Part shown: piece after piece, positions 54,501 through 64,000 of the stretch | Layout of the letters: each line of letters opens with the position of its first letter | How positions within the stretch are numbered: the first letter of the stretch is position 1 | NCBI GenBank assembly: GCA_964016885.1 | Contig: OZ024740.1 | Coordinates: forward strand, 17,236,001 to 17,300,000 | Length of the DNA stretch: 64,000 nucleotides | Direction: 5' to 3' | DNA from: Eledone cirrhosa | Taxonomy: Eukaryota | Made by a program: the position numbers and the translations under genes | The notes under the pieces: model-generated | Seen by the model: the letters and a program-made list of their open reading frames with translations, nothing else | Database searches by the model: none | Told to the model about the DNA's origin: nothing

Positions 54501-57500
54501 CACTGTAATAGTGATAGATGTATGTTGTGTAGGGTCCACTGTAATAGTGATAGATGTGTGTGGTGTAGGGTCCACTGTAATAGTGATAGATGTATGTTGT
54601 GTAGGGTCCACTGTAATAGTGATAGATGTGTGTGGTGTAGGGTCCACTGTAATAGTGATAGATGTGTGTGGTGTAGGGTCCACTGTAATAGTGATAGATG
54701 TGTGTGGTGTAGGGTCCACTGTAATAGTGATAGATGTATGTGGTGTAGGGTCCACTGTAATAGTGATAGATGTATGTGGTGTAGGGTCCACTGTAATAGT
54801 GATAGATGTATGTAGTGTAGGGTCCACTGTAATAGTGATAGATGTATGTGGTGTAGGGTCCACTGTAATAGTGATAGATGTATGTGGTGTAGGGTCCACT
54901 GTAATAGTGATAGATGTATGTGGTGTAGGGTCCACTGTAATAGTGATAGATGTATGTAGTGTAGGGTCCACTGTAATAGTGATAGATGTATGTGGTGTAG
55001 GGTCCACTGTAATAGTGATAGATGTATGTGGTGTAGGGTCCACTGTAATAGTGATAGATGTATGTAGTGTAGGGGCCACTGTAATAGTGATAGATGTATG
55101 TGGTGTAGGGTCCACTGTAATAGTGATAGATGTATGTAGTGTAGGGTCCACTGTAATAGTGATAGATGTATGTGGTGTAGGGTCCACTGTAATAGTGATA
55201 GATGTATGTGGTGTAGGGTCCACTGTAATAGTGATAGATGTATGTAGTGTAGGGGCCACTGTAATAGTGATAGATGTATGTGGTGTAGGGTCCACTGTAA
55301 TAGTGATATATGTGTGTAGTGTAGGGTCCACTGTAATAGTGATAGATGTATGTGGTGTAGGGTCCACTGTAATAGTGATAAATGTATGTGGTGTAGGGTC
55401 CACTGTAATTGTGATAGATGTGTGTGGTGTAGGGTCCACTGTAATAGTGATAGATGTGTGTGGTGTAGGGTCCACTGTAATAGTGATAGATGTATGTGGT
55501 GTAGGGTCCACTGTAATAGTGATAGATGTGTGTGGTGTAGGGTCCACTGTAATAGTGATAGATGTATGTGGTGTAGGGTCCACTGTAATAGTGATAGATG
55601 TATGTAGTGTAGGGTCCACTGTAATAGTGATAGATGTGTGTGGTGTAGGGTCCACTGTAATAGTGATAGATGTGTGGTGTAGGGTCCACTGTAATAGTGA
55701 TAGATGTGTGGTGTAGGGTCCACTGTAATAGTGATAGATGTGTGTGGTGTAGGGTCCACTGTAATAGTGATAGATGTATGTGGTGTAGGGTCCACTGTAA
55801 TAGTGATAGATGTGTGTGGTCTAGGGTCCACTGTAATAGTGATAGATGTGTGGTGTAGGGTCCACTGTAATAGTGATAGATGTGTGGTGTAGGGTCCACT
55901 GTAATAGTGATAGATGTGTGTGGTGTAGGGTCCACTGTAATAGTGATAGATGTGCGTGGTGTAGTGTCCACTGTAATAGTGATAGATGTATGTGGTGTAG
56001 GGTCCACTGTAATAGTGATAGATGTATGTGGTGTAGGGTCCACTGTAATAGTGATAGATGTGTGTGGTGTTGGGTCCACTGTAATAGTGATAGATGTGTG
56101 TGGTGTAGGGTCCACTGTAATAGTGATAGATGTGTGTGGTGTAGGGTCCACTGTCATTGTGATAGATGTGTGTGGTGTAGGGTCCACTGTAATAGTGATA
56201 GATGTGTGTGGTGTAGGGTCCACTGTAATAGTGATAGATGTGTGTGGTGTAGGGTCCACTGTAATAGTGATAGATGTGTGTGGTGTAGGGTCCACTGTAA
56301 TAGTGATAGATGTGTGTGGTGTAGGGTCCACTGTAATAGTGATAGATGTGTGTGGTGTAGGGTCCACTGTAATAGTGATAGATGTGTGTGGTGTAGGGTC
56401 CACTGTAATTGTGATAGATGTGTGTGGTGTAGGGTCCACTGTAATAGTGATAGATGTGTGTGGTGTAGGGTCCACTGTAATAGTGATAGATGTATGTGGT
56501 GTAGGGTCCACTGTAATAGTGATAGATGTATGTAGTGTAGGGTCCACTGTAATAGTGATAGATGTGTGTGGTGTAGGGTCCACTGTAATAGTGATAGATG
56601 TATGTGGTGTAGGGTCCACTGTAATAGTGATAGATGTGTGTGGTGTAGGGTCCACTGTAATAGTGATAGATGTATGTAGTGTAGGGTCCACTCTAATAGT
56701 GATAGATGTATGTGGTGTAGGGTCCACTGTAATAGTGATAGATGTGTGTGGTGTAGGGTCCACTGTAATAGTGATAGATGTATGTGGTGTAGGGTCCACT
56801 GTAATAGTGATAGATGTATGTGGTGTAGGGTCCACTGTAATAGTGATAGATGTATGTGGTTTTGGGTCCATTGTAATAGTGATAGATGTGTGTGGTGTAG
56901 GGTCCACTGTAATAGTGATAGATGTGTGTGGTGTAGGGTCCACTGTAATAGTGATAGATGTGTGTGGTGTAGGGTCCACTGTAATAGTGATAGATGTGTG
57001 TAGTGTAGGGTCCACTGTAATAGTGATAGATGTGTGTTGTGTAGGGTCCACTGTAATAGTGATATATGTATGTAGTGTAGGGTCCACTGTAATAGTGATA
57101 GATGTATGTGGTGTAGGGTCCACTGTAATAGTGATATATGTATGTAGTGTAGGGGCCACTGTAATAGTGATAGATGTGTAGTGTAGGGTCCACTGTAATA
57201 GTGATAGATGTATGTAGTGTAGGGTCCACTGTAATAGTGATAGATGTATGTGGTGTAGGGTCCACTGTAATAGTGATAGATGTGTGTGGTGTAGGGTCCA
57301 CTGTAATAGTGATAGATGTGTGTGGTGTAGGGTCCACTGTAATAGTGATAGATGTGTGTGGTTTTGGGTCCATTCTAATAGTGATAGATGTGTGTGGTGT
57401 AGGGTCCACTGTAATAGTGATAGATGTGTGTGGTGTAGGGTCCACTGTAATAGTGATAGATGTGTGTGGTGTATGGTCCACTGTAATAGTGATAGATGTA

Positions 57501-60500
57501 TGTAGTGTAGGGTCCACTGTAATGGTGATAGATATGTGTGGTGTAGGGTCCACTGTAATAGTGATAGATGTATGTGGTGTAGGGTCCACTGTAATAGTGA
57601 TAGATGTATGTGGTGTAGGGTCCACTGTTATAGTGATAGATGTGCGTGGTGTAGGGTCCACTGTAATAGTGATAGATGTGGTGTAGGGTCCACTGTAATA
57701 GTGATAGATGTGTGTGGTGTAGGGTCCACTGTAATAGTGATAGATGTGTGTAGTGTAGGGTCCACTGTAATAGTGATAGATGTATGTGGTGTGGGGTCCA
57801 CTGTAATAGTGATAGATGTATGTGGTGTAGGGTCCACTGTAATAGTGATAGATGTATGTGGTGTAGGGTCCACTGTAATAGTGATAGATGTATGTAGTGT
57901 AGGGTCCACTGTAATAGTGATAGATGTGTGTGGTGTAGGGTCCACTGTAATAGTGATAGATGTATGTAGTGTAGGGTCCACTGTAATAGTGATATATGTG
58001 TGTAGTGTAGGGTCCACTGTAATAGTGATAGATGTATGTGGTGTAGGGTCCACTGTAATAGTGATAGATGTATGTGGTGTAGGGTCCACTGTAATAGTGA
58101 TAGATGTATGTAGTGTAGGGTCCACTGTAATAGTGATAGATGTGTGTAGTGTAGGGTCCACTGTAATAGTGATAGATGTATGTGGTGTAGGGTCCACTGT
58201 AATAGTGATAGATGTGTGTGGTGTGGGGTCCACTGTAATAGTGATAGATGTATATGGTGTAGGGTCCACTGTAATAGTGATAGACGTATGTGGTGTAGGG
58301 TCCACTGTAATAGTGATAGATGTGTGTGGTGTAGGGTCCACTGTAATAGTGATAGATGTGTGTGGTGTAGGGTCCACTGTAATAGTGATAGATGTATGTG
58401 GTGTAGGGTCCACTGTAATAGTGATAGATGTATGTGGTGTAGGGTCCACTGTAATAGTGATAGATGTGTGTGGTGTAGGGTCCACTGTAATAGTGATAGA
58501 TGTGTGGTGTAGGGTCCACTGTAATAGTGATAGATGTGTGGTGTAGGGTCCACTGTAATAGTGATAGATGTGTGTGGTGTAGGGTCCACTGTAATAGTGA
58601 TAGATGTGCGTGGTGTAGTGTCCACTGTAATAGTGATAGATGTGTGGTGTAGGGTCCACTGTAATAGTGATAGATGTGTGTGGTGTAGGGTCCACTGTAA
58701 TAGTGATAGATGTGTGTGGTGTAGGGTCCACTGTAATAGTGATAGATGTGTGTGGTGTAGGGTCCACTGTAATAGTGATAGATGTGTGTGGTGTAGGGTC
58801 CACTGTAATAGTGATAGATGTGTGTGGTGTAGGGTCCACTGTAATAGTGATAGATGTGTGTGGTGTAGGGTCCACTGTAATAGTGATAGATGTGTGTGGT
58901 GTAGGGTCCACTGTAATAGTGATAGATGTGTGTGGTGTAGGGTCCACTGTAATAGTGATAGATGTGTGTGGTGTAGGGTCCACTGTAATAGTGATAGATG
59001 TATGTGGTGTAGGGTCCACTGTAATAGTGATAGATGTATGTAGTGTAGGGTCCACTGTAATAGTGATAGATGTGTGTGGTGTAGGGTCCACTGTAATAGT
59101 GATAGATGTATGTGGTGTAGGGTCCACTGTAATAGTGATAGATGTGTGTGGTGTAGGGTCCACTGTAATAGTGATAGATGTGTGTGGTGTAGGGTCCACT
59201 GTAATAGTGATAGATGTATGTGGTGTAGGGTCCACTGTAATAGTGATAGATGTATGTGGTGTAGGGTCCACTGTAATAGTGATAGATGTGTGTGGTGTAG
59301 GGTCCACTGTAATAGTGATAGATGTGTGGTGTAGGGTCCACTGTAATAGTGATAGATGTGTGGTGTAGGGTCCACTGTAATAGTGATAGATGTGTGTGGT
59401 GTAGGGTCCACTGTAATAGTGATAGATGTGCGTGGTGTAGTGTCCACTGTAATAGTGATAGATGTGTGGTGTAGGGTCCACTGTAATAGTGATAGATGTG
59501 TGTGGTGTAGGGTCCACTGTAATAGTGATAGATGTGTGTGGTGTAGGGTCCACTGTAATAGTGATAGATGTATATGGTGTAGGGTCCACTGTAATAGTGA
59601 TAGATGTATGTGGTGTAGGGTCCACTGTAATAGTGATAGATGTGTGTGGTGTAGGGTCCACTGTAATAGTGATAGATGTGTGTGGTGTAGGGTCCACTGT
59701 AATAGTGATAGATGTGTGGTGTAGGGTCCACTGTAATAGTGATAGATGTGTGGTGTAGGGTCCACTGTAATAGTGATAGATGTGTGTGGTGTAGGGTCCA
59801 CTGTAACAGTGATAGATGTGCGTGGTGTAGTGTCCACTGTAATAGTGATAGATGTGTGGTGTAGGGTCCACTGTAATAGTGATAGATGTGTGTGGTGTTG
59901 GGTCCACTGTAATAGTGATAGATGTGTGTGGTGTAGGGTCCACTGTAATAGTGATAGATGTGTGTGGTGTTGGGTCCACTGTAATAGTGATAGATGTGTG
60001 TGGTGTAGGGTCCACTGTAATAGTGATAGATGTGTGTGGTGTAGGGTCCACTGTAATTGTGATAGATGTGTGTGGTGTAGGGTCCACTGTAATAGTGATA
60101 GATGTGTGTGGTGTAGGGTCCACTGTAATAGTGATAGATGTGTGTGGTGTAGGGTCCACTGTAATAGTGATAGATGTGTGTGGTGTAGGGTCCACTGTAA
60201 TAGTGATAGATGTGTGTGGTGTAGGGTCCACTGTAATAGTGATAGATGTGTGTGGTGTAGGGTCCACTGTAATAGTGATAGATGTGTGTGGTGTAGGGTC
60301 CACTGTAATAGTGATAGATGTGTGTGGTGTAGGGTCCACTGTAATAGTGATAGATGTGTGTGGTGTAGGGTCCACTGTAATAGTGATAGATGTATGTGGT
60401 GTAGGGTCCACTGTAATAGTGATAGATGTATGTAGTGTAGGGTCCACTGTAATAGTGATAGATGTGTGTGGTGTAGGGTCCACTGTAATAGTGATAGATG

Positions 60501-63500
60501 TATGTGGTGTAGGGTCCACTGTAATAGTGATAGATGTGTGTGGTGTAGGGTCCACTGTAATAGTGATAGATGTATGTAGTGTAGGGTCCACTCTAATAGT
60601 GATAGATGTATGTGGTGTAGGGTCCACTGTAATAGTGATAGATGTGTGTGGTGTAGGGTCCACTGTAATAGTGATAGATGTGTGTGGTGTAGGGTCCACT
60701 GTAATAGTGATAGATGTATGTGGTGTAGGGTCCACTGTAATAGTGATAGATGTATGTAGTGTAGGGTCCACTGTAATAGTGATAGATGTGTGTGGTGTAG
60801 GGTCCACTGTAATAGTGATAGATGTATGTGGTGTAGGGTCCACTGTAATAGTGATAGATGTATGTGGTTTCGGGTCCATTGTAATAGTGATAGATGTGTG
60901 GTGTAGGGTCCACTGTAATAGTGATAGATGTATGTGGTTTTGGGTCCATTGTAATAGTGATAGATGTGTAGTGTTGGGTCCACTGTAATAGTGATAGATG
61001 TATGTGGTGTAGGGTCCACTGTAATAGTGATAGATGTATGTAGTGTAGGGTCCACTGTAATAGTGATAGATGTATGTGGTGTAGGGTCCACTGTAATAGT
61101 GATAGATGTGTAGTGTAGGGTCCACTGTAATAGTGATAAATGTATGTAGTGTAGGGTCCACTGTAATAGTGATATATGTATGTAGTGTAGGGTCCACTGT
61201 AATAGTGATAGATGTGTGGTGTAGGGTCCACTGTAATAGTGATAGATGTGTAGTGTTGGGTCCACTGTAATAGTGATAAATGTATGTAGTGTAGGGTCCA
61301 CTGTAATAGTGATAGATGTATGTAGTGTAGGGTCCACTGTAATAGTGATAGATGTATGTAGTGTAGGGTCCACTGTAATAGTGATAGATGTGTGGTGTAG
61401 GGTCCACTGTAATAGTGATAGATGTGTGTGGTGTAGGGTCCACTGTAATAGTGATAAATGTATGTAGTGTAGGGTCCACTGTAATAGTGATAGATGTATG
61501 TGGTTTTGGGTCCATTGTAATAGTGATAGATGTGTGTGGTGTAGGGTCCACTGTAATAGTGATAGATGTGTAGTGTAGGGTCCACTGTAATAGTGATAGA
61601 TGTGTGTGGTGTAGGGTCCACTGTAATAGTGATAGATGTGTAGTGTAGGGTCCACTGTAATAGTGATAGATGTGTGTGGTGTAGGGTCCACTCTAATAGT
61701 GATAGATGTATGTGGTTTTGGGTCCATTGTAATAGTGATAGATGTGTGTGGTGTAGGGTCCTCTGTAATAGTGATAGATGTGTGTGGTGTAGGGTCCACT
61801 GTAATAGTGATAGATGTGTGTGGTGTAGGGTCCACTGTAATAGTGATAGATGTGTGTAGTGTAGGGTCCACTGTAATAGTGATAGATGTGTGTTGTGTAG
61901 GGTCCACTGTAATAGTGATATATGTATGTAGTGTAGGGTCCACTGTAATAGTGATAGATGTATGTGGTGTAGGGTCCACTGTAATAGTGATATATGTATG
62001 TAGTGTAGGGGCCACTGTAATAGTGATAGATGTGTAGTGTAGGGTCCACTGTAATAGTGATAGATGTATGTAGTGTAGGGGCCACTGTAATAGTGATAGA
62101 TGTATGTGGTGTAGGGTCCACTGTAATAGTGATAGATGTGTGTGGTGTAGGGTCCACTGTAATAGTGATAGATGTGTGTGGTGTAGGGTCCACTGTAATA
62201 GTGATAGATGTGTGTGGTGTAGGGTCCACTGTAATAGTGATAGATGTGTGTAGTGTAGGGTCCACTGTAATAGTGATAGATGTATGTAGTGTAGGGTCCA
62301 CTGTAATAGTGATAGATGTATGTGGTGTAGGGTCCACTGTAATAGTGATAGATGTGTGTGGTGTAGGGTCCACTGTAATGGTGATAGATATGTGTGGTGT
62401 AGGGTCCACTGTAATAGTGATAGATGAATGTGGTGTAGGGTCCACTGTAATAGTGATAGATGTATGTGGTGTAGGGTCCACTGTTATAGTGATAGATGTG
62501 CGTGGTGTAGGGTCCACTGTAATAGTGATAGATGTGTGTGGTGTAGGGTCCACTGTAATAGTGATAGATGTGTAGTGTAGGGTCCACTGTAATAGTGATA
62601 GATGTATGTAGTGTAGGGGCCACTGTAATAGTGATAGATGTATGTGGTGTAGGGTCCACTGTAATAGTGATAGATGTGTGTGGTGTAGGGTCCACTGTAA
62701 TAGTGATAGATGTGTGTGGTGTAGGGTCCACTGTAATAGTGATAGATGTGTGTGGTGTAGGGTCCACTGTAATAGTGATAGATGTGTGTAGTGTAGGGTC
62801 CACTGTAATAGTGATAGATGTATGTAGTGTAGGGTCCACTGTAATAGTGATAGATGTATGTGGTGTAGGGTCCACTGTAATAGTGATAGATGTGTGTGGT
62901 GTAGGGTCCACTGTAATAGTGATAGATGTGTGTGGTGTAGGGTCCACTGTAATAGTGATAGATGTATGTGGTGTAGGGTCCACTGTAATTGTGATAGATG
63001 TGTGTGGTGTAGGGTCCACTGTAATAGTGATAGATGTGTGTAGTGTAGGGTCCACTGTAATAGTCATAGATGTATGTAGTGTAGGGTCCACTGTAATAGT
63101 GATAGATGTATGTAGTGTAGGGTCCACTGTAATAGTGATAGATGTGGTGTAGGGTCCACTGTAATAGTGATAGATGTGTGTGGTGTAGGGTCCACTGTAA
63201 TAGTGATAGATGTGTGTAGTGTAGGGTCCACTGTAATAGTGATAGATGTATGTGGTGTGGGGTCCACTGTAATAGTGATAGATGTATGTGGTGTAGGGTC
63301 CACTGTAATAGTGATAGATGTATGTGGTGTAGGGTCCACTGTAATAGTGATAGATGTATGTAGTGTAGGGTCCACTGTAATAGTGATAGATGTGTGTGGT
63401 GTAGGGTCCACTGTAATAGTGATAGATGTGTGTAGTGTAGGGTCCACTGTAATAGTGATATATGTGTGTAGTGTAGGGTCCACTGTAATAGTGATAGATG

Positions 63501-64000
63501 TGTGTAGTGTAGGGTCCACTGTAATAGTGATAGATGTATGTGGTGTAGGGTCCACTGTAATAGTGATAGATGTGTGTGGTGTGGGGTCCACTGTAATAGT
63601 GATAGATGTATATGGTGTAGGGTCCACTGTAATAGTGATAGACGTATGTGGTGTAGGGTCCACTGTAATAGTGATAGATGTGTGTGGTGTAGGGTCCACT
63701 GTAATAGTGATAGATGTGCGTGGTGTAGTGTCCACTGTAATAGTGATAGATGTGTGGTGTAGGGTCCACTGTAATAGTGATAGATGTGTGTGGTGTAGGG
63801 TCCACTGTAATAGTGATAGATGTGTGTGGTGTAGGGTCCACTGTAATAGTGATAGATGTATATGGTGTAGGGTCCACTGTAATAGTGATAGATGTATGTG
63901 GTGTAGGGTCCACTGTAATAGTGATAGATGTGTGTGGTGTAGGGTCCACTGTAATAGTGATAGATGTGTGTGGTGTAGGGTCCACTGTAATAGTGATAGA
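21510..64000. repeat. 36-bp satellite, ~1180 units (GTGTAGGGTCCACTGTAATAGTGATAGATGTRTGTR), with 34- and 32-bp deletion variants and kb-scale higher-order duplications; runs off the right edge
   Basis: Direct reading. Copy number is estimated as length/36. Confidence 0.99.
21684..21804 (+). mobile_element. ~120-bp 3' terminus of an RTE-type retroelement inserted in the 36-bp satellite
   Basis: cgtccaaacccatgcaagcgtggaacacggacgctaaacc plus a (TGA)n tail is homologous to the reverse complement of 17299-17350 and 6855-6905. Satellite phase resumes on both sides. Confidence 0.85.

Noticed and set aside
21591-63985. Giant minus-strand ORFs (up to 7361 aa) resembling a Thr/Pro mucin or His/Tyr-rich structural protein
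   Set aside because: The minus-strand consensus has no stop in any of the three frames. Frequent 2- and 4-bp deletions shuttle each ORF among three peptide registers (HTSITITVDPTP, HIYHYYSGPYTT, HLSLLQWTLHHT), so no frame is preserved. There is no signal peptide or unique domain.
16385-64000. CRISPR-like arrays (36-bp repeat length)
   Set aside because: Units are head-to-tail with no unique spacers, there are no cas genes, and the context is eukaryotic.
21510-64000. True telomeric repeat or canonical G-quadruplex array
   Set aside because: Each 36-bp unit has only one TAGGG and one GGG run, with ~33-nt spacing, and there is no TTAGGG tandem.

Overview
Eukaryotic, AT-rich, repeat-dominated genomic DNA. 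The SINE/RTE families and microsatellite style suggest an octopus or other cephalopod, which is an inference from recalled repeat motifs and not a database result. About 83% of the window is four tandem arrays: a 25-bp array (1-6640), a 51-bp array (16385-17150), a 59-bp array (18165-21407) and a 36-bp array (21510 to the window end, >42 kb, about 1180 units). All four show higher-order (multimer or kb-scale) structure. The only credible host coding sequence is one 162-bp phase 0-0 exon (12097-12258, +) encoding the C-terminal part of a chromodomain, most like MPP8/CDYL, so most of the window is probably intronic. Between the arrays lie a 5'-truncated, frameshifted RTE-clade LINE with three C-terminal C2H2 zinc fingers, three 3'-end fragments of other RTE elements (one inserted in the edge of the 36-bp satellite), several tRNA-derived SINEs, and Tc2-like DNA-transposon ends that bracket the 59-bp array. 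The giant ORFs in the ORF track (up to 7361 aa) are artefacts of a stop-poor satellite strand. There is no CRISPR array, rRNA or genuine tRNA. I found no clearly novel gene system. The best leads are the satellite apparently born inside a MITE, the triple-ZF RTE, and the large higher-order satellite next to a chromodomain exon.
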